From Ignavibacteriota bacterium (GTDB taxonomy: Bacteria > Bacteroidota > Ignavibacteria > UBA10030 > UBA6906), in the NCBI GenBank assembly GCA_963801355.1, contig CAWDEM010000008.1:1952001-2016000 (forward strand): DNA of 64,000 nt, written 5' to 3'. Within the stretch, counting starts at the first letter, position 1. Every line of letters begins with the position of its first letter. The translations under genes and the position numbers were made by a program. Below are positions 49,093 through 59,238 of this stretch, piece after piece. The notes under the pieces are model-generated. The model was not told the DNA's origin and searched no databases. It worked only from the letters and a program-made list of their open reading frames with translations.

Positions 49093-51603
49093 TCAGCGGG
49101 AATCCCTCTTGTTGGTGGGACTTCGTTTGCGGGCCTTCTTGACCGTTGGCGGGAGGGGAAACACCAGGGTGAATGTGCTCCCCTTTTCCGGCACACTACG
49201 GACTTCAATCTTTCCCCCGTGTGCATCCATGATGTGCCTCACGACGGAGAGCCCCAATCCGACTCCTTGAATGCGCCTGGGCAGTGACGGGTCGCGGTAG
49301 AACTTCTGAAAGAGGTGCGGCATCACCCCGGCAGGTATTCCGCGTCCGAAATCCTTCACGCTGCACAACACCGTCTTGCCCGTCCTGCCGACGGTGATAC
49401 AGATCTTTTTCTTGTCGCCCGAATACTTCATGGCATTCGTCAGCAGGTTCAGCAGCGCCTCCCTGACCGCGTCCGGATCGGCATTGATCCGGTAGGCATC
49501 AGGCGACTTGCTCCGCCCGTCCCGCGCGACGTCAAGAACAACGCTGTACTGTTCCTTTGCCAGTTGATACTTCATCGTCTGGAGGGTCTCACGGACAAGA
49601 GCATCCAGCCGCACGTTCTGCATGGTGTACTGTTGTTCTCCCTGGTCGATTTTGGACGAGTCCAGAATGGTATTCACCATGCGGTGCAATCGATCTGATT
49701 CGCCTTCAATGATGCGCACATATTCCCGGGCACGCCGGTCGCCGCGGGGGAGCCGTTCCGCAAGGAGTTCGGCAAACATCCTGATGGAGGTCAGCGGCGT
49801 GCGCAGCTCATGAGAGACATACGAAACGAAATCGGACTTCATGACGTTCAGCCGCTGCAGACGGCCGGCTTCATCACTCTTCTCCATCACCGCGCGCTGG
49901 AGCAGGATGCGCTCCATTTCCGCACCCCCCTGCATCGCAAGGTTGCCGAGCAAATCCACATCCTCGCTGGTAAACACCGTACCGGCCTTCTTCCGACCCA
50001 GGAGCAGCATCCCGCGCAATTGCCGGTTGGCACGAATCACGGGGCAGACAAGAGCCAGCTGACATTCTTCAAGGAGTGATGCATCAGCTTCACGATGGGA
50101 GACTCCCGGCTCGATCGCACCGGGGAGTCCGAGAAGTATCCCCCCGGCTTCCTCGGCATGCCGTTTCAGCACCGCGAGGCGATCCGGTGGTCCTGTCTCA
50201 ATCCCCCGCGCGCCGATGAGGCGCAATGCACCGTCGTGATCCACGAGCAGGAATCCGATCCGTTCCACCGGCAGCAGCGTATCGATGCGCTCCACGATCA
50301 GATTCCCCAGATCGTCGACCGTCGCGCATGTCTTCACGTCCCCCTGAAATCTGCGGGCCGCCTGCCGGAAATCGTACCGCACGCGGAAGAATCGTCGATC
50401 CACAGCCTGTTGCACAACCCGGCGCGTCGGCTCGAACAGCAGAGCGAGCACGATCGCCGCCCCCGCAGAAATACCCAGCGACCATCCATACGTGGCATGG
50501 GACACCACTGCAGCTAATCCTCCCACGATGCCCATGTAGACCAGCACCACCATCGCCATGACCGTGCCATAGACCAGACTGCGATTGAGCAGCAGATCAA
50601 TGTCCATGATATGGTATTTGATGATGGAGATGCCGAAGGCCACCGGGATGATACCGGAGGCCAGCAGCATGACCGACTCAGGAACGAGCCCGTAACTCAA
50701 CACCATGGAAGGAATGATCCAAAGCAGGACAAAGGGCAGGAAACCGACGAACATCCCCCAGACCACCCAGCGGAGTTTTCTCCGTTCCGGTTCCTCGCCG
50801 GCTCTGAGGTACGACTGACGTATTGCCCAGAGTCCCCCGGCAACCAGCACAATAAGAAACACCCGTGTGGCACTAAACCACTGGAGGTGCGTGTGGAATG
50901 CGTCGATAGAGTTGCCAGACCAGGCCTGCATGAAGGACATGCCGCTGCCGGTGGCGAGAATGATCGCGGCGCCGTACAAGGGGATGATCAGTCTTCTTCC
51001 CGGTGTTGTGCTGGGGCGAGGAAAGAGGCGCGTCAGATGGAAAAATGCAACCGGGATGAAAGCATACATTGCAGAGAACACAACGCGGACAAGCACTCCG
51101 AGGAAGGCGGGAGCGGTTACGTAGGAACCCCACGTCGTGGAAAGCTGCACCGCCGTGGCAACAGATCCGAAGTGATAGACGAGTGCGGCGGGATCCCCGG
51201 GTTTCTTCCAGACAACGATTAGTCCGACGCCGAAGAAAAGGGTGCTGACGAGGATCACTGACAGGAGGTAAAAAGGGCCGTAGTAATGCTGCAGAACAGC
51301 CTGTTCGATGCGCGGCCCGGTTGCGCCGGCGATGCTCAGGGTCACGGTATCGCCTATCCGGCAACCGTCCAACACAAACTCCAGATCATCCACATACTTC
51401 AGGGGGTGCCCGTTCACGGCGAGGAGGGCCTCACCATCGCGCATCTGTTTTGTGAAAGACTCCCCGGTGACCCTGGTGCAAAAGACGGTATCATTCCAGG
51501 CGCTGATGACAATGGGCAGTCCGGGCTTCGCATTGATCTGCACAATGCCCGCACAACAGAGGATGAAAGCGACGACATCGATCAGGACAATCAGAATGCG
51601 CAT
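49093..51603 (-). CDS. Sensor histidine kinase: TM-PDZ-like-multi-TM-GAF-HisKA-HATPase
   Basis: GEALLAVNG (PDZ-like), many TM helices, GAF (FTSEDVDLL), SHELRTPL, NLLTNAMKY, DFGRG, GVGLGL. Confidence 0.9.
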   Translation of the reverse strand: MRILIVLIDVVAFILCCAGIVQINAKPGLPIVISAWNDTVFCTRVTGESFTKQMRDGEALLAVNGHPLKYVDDLEFVLDGCRIGDTVTLSIAGATGPRIEQAVLQHYYGPFYLLSVILVSTLFFGVGLIVVWKKPGDPAALVYHFGSVATAVQLSTTWGSYVTAPAFLGVLVRVVFSAMYAFIPVAFFHLTRLFPRPSTTPGRRLIIPLYGAAIILATGSGMSFMQAWSGNSIDAFHTHLQWFSATRVFLIVLVAGGLWAIRQSYLRAGEEPERRKLRWVVWGMFVGFLPFVLLWIIPSMVLSYGLVPESVMLLASGIIPVAFGISIIKYHIMDIDLLLNRSLVYGTVMAMVVLVYMGIVGGLAAVVSHATYGWSLGISAGAAIVLALLFEPTRRVVQQAVDRRFFRVRYDFRQAARRFQGDVKTCATVDDLGNLIVERIDTLLPVERIGFLLVDHDGALRLIGARGIETGPPDRLAVLKRHAEEAGGILLGLPGAIEPGVSHREADASLLEECQLALVCPVIRANRQLRGMLLLGRKKAGTVFTSEDVDLLGNLAMQGGAEMERILLQRAVMEKSDEAGRLQRLNVMKSDFVSYVSHELRTPLTSIRMFAELLAERLPRGDRRAREYVRIIEGESDRLHRMVNTILDSSKIDQGEQQYTMQNVRLDALVRETLQTMKYQLAKEQYSVVLDVARDGRSKSPDAYRINADPDAVREALLNLLTNAMKYSGDKKKICITVGRTGKTVLCSVKDFGRGIPAGVMPHLFQKFYRDPSLPRRIQGVGLGLSVVRHIMDAHGGKIEVRSVPEKGSTFTLVFPLPPTVKKARKRSPTNKRDSR

Positions 51604-51642
51604 GGGCGAATATACGCATTCATTTGGTCCTCCGCCAGCACA

Positions 51643-51671
51643 TTGCATTTACACCTCTTTTTCGGTATACT
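51643..51671 (+). promoter_or_regulatory. Sigma70 promoter of smpB-tyrS
   Basis: TTGCAT-N17-TATACT. Confidence 0.65.
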
Positions 51672-51695
51672 ATGCCCGAATTTTCCCCGGAGACA

Positions 51696-52160
51696 ATGGC
51701 ACCCCAGGAGGAAGCCGGCGAGAAAGTCGTCGCATCGAACCGGAAAGCCCGGCATGAATATGCAATTCTTGATTCAATCGAAGCCGGCCTGGTCCTGACG
51801 GGGACAGAAGTCAAGTCGCTGCGCCAGGGAAACGCGAACATTGCCGAGGCGTTTGCACGCATAGCCCGGGGCGAGGTCTGGCTGGAGGGAATGCATGTCA
51901 GCCCGTACGAACAGGGCAGTTATGCCAATGTCGACCCGTTGCGCACACGAAAACTCCTCCTCCACAAGAAAGAAATCCGGCGGCTTCTCGCCCGCAGCGG
52001 GGAACCGGGTGTAACGCTGATTCCGCTCAGGGTGTATTTCAAGAAGGGTGTCGCAAAGGTACAGCTCGGCATCTGCAAGGGGAAACGGGCGTATGACCGC
52101 CGCCAGGACATCGCACGCCGGGAAATCGAACGAGACCTCAAGAGAACCTACGCACGGTAG
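51696..52160 (+). CDS. smpB: SsrA-binding protein
   Basis: NRKARHEY, EAGLVLTGTEVKSLR, RKLLLHKKEI, GKRAYDRR. Confidence 0.97.
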   Translation: MAPQEEAGEKVVASNRKARHEYAILDSIEAGLVLTGTEVKSLRQGNANIAEAFARIARGEVWLEGMHVSPYEQGSYANVDPLRTRKLLLHKKEIRRLLARSGEPGVTLIPLRVYFKKGVAKVQLGICKGKRAYDRRQDIARREIERDLKRTYAR

Positions 52161-53393
52161 ATGAACGAACAGTTTCCACCGCTGAATGAACAGATGGATG
52201 TGATCCGTCGCGGAACAGCCGAGATCATCCGCGAAGAAGACCTTGCCCGCAAGATCGAACAATCCCTCCAGACGTTTACACCCCTCCGCGTGAAACTCGG
52301 GTGCGACCCGAGCCGGCCCGATCTGCATATCGGTCACTCGGTCGTCCTGCGCAAACTCAGACAGTTCCAGGATCTGGGGCATCAGGCAGTGCTCATCGTG
52401 GGGGATTTCACGGGCATGATCGGCGATCCTTCAGGACGAAGCAAGACCCGGCCTGCGTTGACGCTTGAGGAGACCCGCAGAAACGGTCAGAGCTACTTCG
52501 AGCAGGCAACACGTATCCTGTCCACCCACAAAGTCCAGATGCTTTATAACTCCGAATGGCTGGGAACGCTGAGCTTCGCGGACGTGATAACGCTGGCAAG
52601 CAAATACACGGTGGCCAGGATGCTGGAACGCGATGATTTCGAGAAGCGTTACCGCGCCGGCGAGGCCATCAGCGTGCACGAGCTTCTGTATCCTCTCGCA
52701 CAAGCGATGGACTCCGTCGCTGTTCGTGCGGACATCGAGCTGGGGGGCACCGATCAGAAATTCAATCTTCTGGTTGGACGGGACATCCAGCGGGAATACG
52801 GTCAGGATCCGCAGGTGACACTGACCATGCCGATTCTCCCCGGGACCGATGGTGTCGAGAAAATGAGCAAATCGCTCGACAACTTTATCGGCATCAGCGA
52901 ACCTCCCCAACAAATTTATGGAAAGACGCTCTCCATCCCGGATACCTTGATCTACGACTACATGCAGCTGGCGACCGAGATCCCCCCGCCGGAACTCGCT
53001 GAAGTCAAACGGCAACTCGAGAGGGGTTCGGTCAATCCCCGCGACCTCAAGCGTCGCCTGGCCCGCGAGCTGGTCACGCTCTACCATGACGCCGCGGCGG
53101 CTCAGGCAGCGGAAGAAGAGTTCGACCGGATCTTCAAGAAGAAGGATATCCCCGACGAGATACCCGAGGTCAGGGTGACGACGGAAGGCGGCACAGCCAG
53201 CATCATCCGCATGCTCGTGGAAGCCGGCATGGTGAAATCCAACAGCGAAGCCCGCCGGCTGGTCGAGCAAGGCGGTGTCAGTATTGACGGCGTGCGCATC
53301 GACGATCCGGCGGCGACTATTATCCTGAACGTCCCGGTGGTTCTCAAAGCGGGCAAAAGGCAGTTCGCACGCATCACCGGCTCACAAGGCTGA
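52161..53393 (+). CDS. tyrS: Tyrosine--tRNA ligase
   Basis: GCDPSRPDLHIGH, GGTDQKFN, KMSKS, C-terminal S4 domain. Confidence 0.97.
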   Translation: MNEQFPPLNEQMDVIRRGTAEIIREEDLARKIEQSLQTFTPLRVKLGCDPSRPDLHIGHSVVLRKLRQFQDLGHQAVLIVGDFTGMIGDPSGRSKTRPALTLEETRRNGQSYFEQATRILSTHKVQMLYNSEWLGTLSFADVITLASKYTVARMLERDDFEKRYRAGEAISVHELLYPLAQAMDSVAVRADIELGGTDQKFNLLVGRDIQREYGQDPQVTLTMPILPGTDGVEKMSKSLDNFIGISEPPQQIYGKTLSIPDTLIYDYMQLATEIPPPELAEVKRQLERGSVNPRDLKRRLARELVTLYHDAAAAQAAEEEFDRIFKKKDIPDEIPEVRVTTEGGTASIIRMLVEAGMVKSNSEARRLVEQGGVSIDGVRIDDPAATIILNVPVVLKAGKRQFARITGSQG

Positions 53394-53432
53394 CATCACA
53401 CAAGTATACCGAACGGAAAGGAAGACACGACA

Positions 53433-53993
53433 TTGTACGTCCCGACAAGGATATTCTTCACCAAGGGGGTGGGCCGCCACAAGGACTATTTGCAGTCGTT
53501 CGAGCTGGCCCTTCGCGACGCAAAGATTGAGAAGTGCAATATTGTCACAGTGTCGAGCATCTTTCCACCGGGATGCAAACGCATCCCCACGGAGGAGGGT
53601 CTGAAGCTACTCCAGCCCGGCCAGATCACGTTTGCGATCATGGCCCGTAACGCCACCAATGAGCCGAACCGACTTGTTGCGGCGTCAATCGGCGTCGCGA
53701 CACCGGCGGACAACACCCAGTACGGCTATCTGTCGGAACATCACCCCTTCGGCGAGACCGATGAGAAAGCCGGCGAATACGCCGAGGATCTTGCTGCGAC
53801 GATGCTTGCGACAACATTGGGCGTCGAGTTCGATCCAAGCATGGCGTGGGATGAGCGGGAGAAAGTATTCAAGATGAGCGGCAAGATCGTGAAGACCTTC
53901 AACGTGACGCAGTCTGCCGAGGGGCACAAAGACGGGATCTGGACGACCGTCGTTGCCTGCGCGATTCTTCTTCCGGATTCCCCCACTCCGTAG
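53433..53993 (+). CDS. pdaD: Pyruvoyl-dependent arginine decarboxylase
   Basis: TTG start; [20 protein letters not shown] self-cleavage site, [17 protein letters not shown]. Confidence 0.9.
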   Translation: MYVPTRIFFTKGVGRHKDYLQSFELALRDAKIEKCNIVTVSSIFPPGCKRIPTEEGLKLLQPGQITFAIMARNATNEPNRLVAASIGVATPADNTQYGYLSEHHPFGETDEKAGEYAEDLAATMLATTLGVEFDPSMAWDEREKVFKMSGKIVKTFNVTQSAEGHKDGIWTTVVACAILLPDSPTP

Positions 53994-54002
53994 AAGACAC
54001 GA

Positions 54003-54033
54003 ACGCCCCGCCGTGCAGTGCACGACGGGGCGT
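54003..54033. terminator. GC-rich hairpin between convergent genes
   Basis: ACGCCCCGCCGTGCA-G-TGCACGACGGGGCGT. Confidence 0.65.
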
Positions 54034-54063
54034 CTGCTCGTCCGGCCCGTACTGATCCCACCA

Positions 54064-54849
54064 TCAGTTGAACATGAGCCGGTACTCGTCATAATTGTTC
54101 ATCACATTCTCCACGTACTTCAGCGTCTCTCCCGGATTCCGGAACCACCCGCACCTCGGGCGATCCTGGGACCACACCGTCCGGTGCAACTCCTGATTGT
54201 CTCGCGATAACAGGGGCAACGCATTCTTGACGGATTCCCAGGCCATCGGGTCCTGATCAAGGTGTGCCGCCAGCTCCTGTGCATCATAAATGCGCCCGAT
54301 ACCCGCGTTATACGCCGCCAGCGCTAGCCGGATGCGATCGCCTTCGCCGGCCCCGGGAAACAGATTGTACAGCTTGCGCAGATAGTATACCCCTCCCCGG
54401 ATGTTGTCATTCGGGTGCGAAATGTCCTCCACCTTGAATATCCTGGAGAGTTCTTCGCTTGTGACCGGCATGATCTGCATCAGCCCCGCCGCCCCCCGAT
54501 GGCTTACCGCGGTCGGCGAAAACCCCGATTCCTGCTTCATGGTCGCAAGCACAAGACGCCAATCCAGACCATACCGTTCGGCGTACCGCTTGATGGTTGG
54601 ACCGTACATCTCCACAAACGCCTCGGTGCTCCGATCAATCGAGTCATCGTCGATGTCCGTCCCGCCATTTCCCTGCACTGCGCCGGCAAAGATGGAGTCG
54701 GCCTGATCGACATCAGCCCGTACAGTGCCGGACTGTGCCATGCTCCCGTCATCCGTGACATCTTTTCTCAGCGCACCGTCAACAAAATGCGTGCATCCGG
54801 ACAGGACGAGAAGTGTACATACCGGCATCATAAGCATTCTGGAGAGCAT
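54064..54849 (-). CDS. Lytic transglycosylase (MltF-type SLT domain) lipoprotein
   Basis: Lipobox LSGC; QES, GLMQ, AAYNAG, ETLKYV. Confidence 0.9.
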   Translation of the reverse strand: MLSRMLMMPVCTLLVLSGCTHFVDGALRKDVTDDGSMAQSGTVRADVDQADSIFAGAVQGNGGTDIDDDSIDRSTEAFVEMYGPTIKRYAERYGLDWRLVLATMKQESGFSPTAVSHRGAAGLMQIMPVTSEELSRIFKVEDISHPNDNIRGGVYYLRKLYNLFPGAGEGDRIRLALAAYNAGIGRIYDAQELAAHLDQDPMAWESVKNALPLLSRDNQELHRTVWSQDRPRCGWFRNPGETLKYVENVMNNYDEYRLMFN

Positions 54850-55023
54850 CCGGTTTCCTCCCGATGTGGGACTCTTCCCTTTTGTACTTCAACCGCTACA
54901 CACTCTGTGCACCGGAAACTTGAGACCCGGGTGTTGTCTGACTGCATAAGAAAGAACGATGAAAAAGGGTTCAGTTCTCTTTTACAACGCCAATTGCTGC
55001 CTGAACGTTCCGCTCGATGAAAA

Positions 55024-55692
55024 TCAGCGAAAAGAGCGCAAAAATCGCTGTTCAACATCCGTGATCTTCTGGACACGGCCTTCGTGACGCCCGCCTGCAA
55101 AAGGGGTCTCCACAAACGTTCGCACGATGCTCTTCGCAAGCTCCACCCCGATAACGCGGCTCCCGAGTGTCAGGACATTGGCGCTGTTGTGTTCACGTGC
55201 GCTGCGGGCGGTGAACTCATGGGCACAGCACGCTCCCCGTATACCGGGAATCTTGTTAACGACCATGCAGGAGCCAATTCCGGCACCGTCGATCATGATG
55301 CCCAATTCGGCTTGTGCATCGGCCACTGTCTTCGCCACCATGTAGGCAAAATCGGGATAGTCGCACGGCTCCTCCGACTGCGTCCCGACGTCAATCACGC
55401 GCACGCCCAGAGAGGGAAGATATTCGGCCACGGCTTTCTTGAGGATAAATCCGCCGTGATCCGACCCTATTGCCACGCGCAGCCCTGCCCCACCCGGTGC
55501 CGTCGCAACCCCCGGAGCTTCCGCAGAGAGAACGGCAGCATCCTGCCGGACGATGCTGATACCCGAGGATGCGGCCAGTTCGGCCGCGAGAGCAGTGACG
55601 AGCGCATCGGGAGGAACGGTGATACTCCGGCCTCCCCGTGCAATCTCCGCGCGCACTGTCTGCTCGCTGACGACGGTTCGTTTCATAGTCAT
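55024..55692 (-). CDS. rpiB: Ribose-5-phosphate isomerase B with N-terminal extension
   Basis: GSDHGG, DYPDFA, DGAGIG, AREHNSAN, FAGGRH; about 70 extra N-terminal residues. Confidence 0.9.
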   Translation of the reverse strand: MTMKRTVVSEQTVRAEIARGGRSITVPPDALVTALAAELAASSGISIVRQDAAVLSAEAPGVATAPGGAGLRVAIGSDHGGFILKKAVAEYLPSLGVRVIDVGTQSEEPCDYPDFAYMVAKTVADAQAELGIMIDGAGIGSCMVVNKIPGIRGACCAHEFTARSAREHNSANVLTLGSRVIGVELAKSIVRTFVETPFAGGRHEGRVQKITDVEQRFLRSFR

Positions 55693-56126
55693 TCGCCTGC
55701 CACGGCTTCCGGATCTACGATCTGCAGAGTCACGGGGGCCGTCCCTTTGGCTATCAGCCCGATGCGGCCGGCCGCCTCGAGCGAGAGATCAATCACCCGG
55801 TCATCCTTGAAGGGCCCGCGATCATTGATCCGCACGATGACCGAGCGCCCGTTTTCGACATTGGTGACCCTCACCGTTGTGTTGAACGGCAATGTCCGGT
55901 GAGCCGCGGTGAGCGCATGCATGTCATACACTTCGCTGCTCGCGGTCGGTCGTCCGTCAAACTCGTCGGCATAGTACGACGCAACGCCCGAGAGCTGATG
56001 CACGCGCAGGTCCCGCCCGATGGCTGCCGTGCCCGGGTCCGACCTGAAACGCGGTGAGGAGGTACCGCATCCCATCACAGCCAGTGCACACAGCGGTACT
56101 CCTGCAAATGTCAGTAGAGCCCTCAT
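55689..56126 (-). CDS. rlpA: RlpA-family lipoprotein (DPBB lytic transglycosylase)
   Basis: Lipobox VMGC; GVASYY, TAAHRTLPF, INDRGPF, IDLS. Confidence 0.92.
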   Translation of the reverse strand: MRALLTFAGVPLCALAVMGCGTSSPRFRSDPGTAAIGRDLRVHQLSGVASYYADEFDGRPTASSEVYDMHALTAAHRTLPFNTTVRVTNVENGRSVIVRINDRGPFKDDRVIDLSLEAAGRIGLIAKGTAPVTLQIVDPEAVAGE

Positions 56127-56129
56127 GGC

Positions 56130-57218
56130 TCACAGATACTCGTTCATTTGTTTGCGTTTGAGGTAATCGGCGACATCCTTCACATCCTGCGACCGCCCGC
56201 GTTTGCACACCAGCAATGCGTCATCGGTGTTGACGATGATCAGGTCCTCGACGCCGATTGTCGCCACAACCTTGTCGGGCGAATAGATGTAGGAGTTCTT
56301 CGTGTCCTTTTGGATCACTTTGCCGGTGACCGTATTCCCGCTGGAGTCCTTGCCCGACTGGCGGTAGACTTCGTCCCACGATCCGATGTCGCTCCAGCCA
56401 AAGTCGCCCGGGATGCAGTACACCTGCTCGGCCTTCTCCATGACTCCATAATCGATGGAGATCCCGCGCATAAGTCCGTAGGCCATTTCGATGGTCGGCT
56501 GGTAGTACGGGGTTCCAATGGTCTGATCGATCTTCATGAGCTCCGTATGCAGGTCCGGCAGGCAACGGCGAATTTCCTCGAGAATCACGTCAACGCGCCA
56601 GACGAACATGCCGCTGTTCCAGAGGAAGTCGCCGCTTGCAATGAACTGCTCGGCGGTCTGCTGGTTCGGCTTCTCGGCGAAGCTCTTCACTTTCAAGACG
56701 CCGCGCCCGTGATGCGGATTGTGCGGACCCGGTTCGGTGAAGACCTGAATGTATCCGTAGCCTGTCTCGGGATGGGTGGGATGGATGCCGATGGTCAGCA
56801 GGCTGCGTGAGTCCGCCGCCGCACCAACCGCCACATCAAGAAGACGCAAGAATTCTTTGTCGTTGCCTATGACATGGTCGGCGGGGAGTACAATCATCAC
56901 GCCTTCCGGCGCTCTTCGCCGGATGTGGAGCGCGGCAAGGCCGATACACGGAGCGGTGTTCCGGCCGATCGGTTCATCGAGGATGTGCTCCTCCCTGACG
57001 AAGGGGAGCTGCTTTGTCATCAACGCATGCTGGAGGCGGTTGGTGATCACAAAGATATCCTGCGCAGGCACCTTTTGCGCAAGCCGCCCGGCGGTGTTCT
57101 GAATCATTGTTCCCTTGCCGAGAATCTCGAGGGCTTGCTTGGGACTCCGTTCGCGGCTGCGGGGCCAGAATCGCGTTCCTACTCCGCCAGCCATAACAAC
57201 GCCGAACACTTGTGTCAT
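56130..57218 (-). CDS. manC: Mannose-1-phosphate guanylyltransferase
   Basis: MAGGVGTRFWPRSR..PKQ, EPIGRNTAP, PADH, TGYGYI, WNSGMF, SIDYGVME, WSDIGSW. Confidence 0.93.
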   Translation of the reverse strand: MTQVFGVVMAGGVGTRFWPRSRERSPKQALEILGKGTMIQNTAGRLAQKVPAQDIFVITNRLQHALMTKQLPFVREEHILDEPIGRNTAPCIGLAALHIRRRAPEGVMIVLPADHVIGNDKEFLRLLDVAVGAAADSRSLLTIGIHPTHPETGYGYIQVFTEPGPHNPHHGRGVLKVKSFAEKPNQQTAEQFIASGDFLWNSGMFVWRVDVILEEIRRCLPDLHTELMKIDQTIGTPYYQPTIEMAYGLMRGISIDYGVMEKAEQVYCIPGDFGWSDIGSWDEVYRQSGKDSSGNTVTGKVIQKDTKNSYIYSPDKVVATIGVEDLIIVNTDDALLVCKRGRSQDVKDVADYLKRKQMNEYL

Positions 57219-57252
57219 CGTGGACTTCCAGTTAGTGTGTATCGTAGTCGGT

Positions 57253-57286
57253 AAAAAACAAACCGCCCTGCACGTCTGCAGGGCGG
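57253..57286 (-). terminator. Rho-independent terminator after atpC
   Basis: CCGCCCTGCA-loop-TGCAGGGCGG followed on minus strand by TTTGTTTTTT. Confidence 0.8.
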
Positions 57287-57295
57287 CATTGTATA

Positions 57296-57706
57296 CTATG
57301 CCATCCTCGCGGCACGAAGTCTGTTCAGCGCGCGGCGCAACGAGGCTTCCGCTCTGACAACATCGAGTTCCGGAGTGCGGTGCGCAAGCCGCTGCTGCGC
57401 ACGGTCGCGAGAAGCCTCCGCCCGCGCCACGTCGATGTCACCCGGACGCTCGGCGGTCTCGAGAAGCAGCAGCACCTTGTTGTCATGCACCTCGAGGAAA
57501 CCCCCGCTCGTCGCAAACAGATACTCCTTCCCATCAGAAGACCGTACGGTAACACGGCCGGGCTCCAACGCCGAGAGGAGCGGCGCATGATGGAACAACA
57601 CCTGGAATCCTCCCTCGACGCCGGGGGCGCTCACACTTACCGCCTGCGTGCTCAATACCGCACGTTCCGGGGTTATGACTTCCAGGGTAAAGGGCTTGTC
57701 AAACAT
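57296..57706 (-). CDS. atpC: ATP synthase F1 epsilon subunit
   Basis: LEVITPE, HAPL, GGFLEV, C-terminal helical hairpin. Confidence 0.95.
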   Translation of the reverse strand: MFDKPFTLEVITPERAVLSTQAVSVSAPGVEGGFQVLFHHAPLLSALEPGRVTVRSSDGKEYLFATSGGFLEVHDNKVLLLLETAERPGDIDVARAEASRDRAQQRLAHRTPELDVVRAEASLRRALNRLRAARMA

Positions 57707-57720
57707 GAACGGACTCCGCC

Positions 57721-59139
<1,419 letters not shown>

Positions 59140-59238
59140 TCAGAGTGGAAAACGAAAGGTCGGGATATCGTTATTGATGAACAACTTACGAAAACACACT
59201 TAAAGAATCAAGAAAGACGACGCCGATATCTCCTCATC

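Noticed and set aside
51604-52160. tmRNA (ssrA) next to smpB
   Set aside because: No room and no tRNA-like GGGG...CCACCA ends seen.
54850-55023. Possible riboswitch upstream of the lytic transglycosylase
   Set aside because: No recognisable c-di-AMP/c-di-GMP consensus by eye; needs an Rfam scan.
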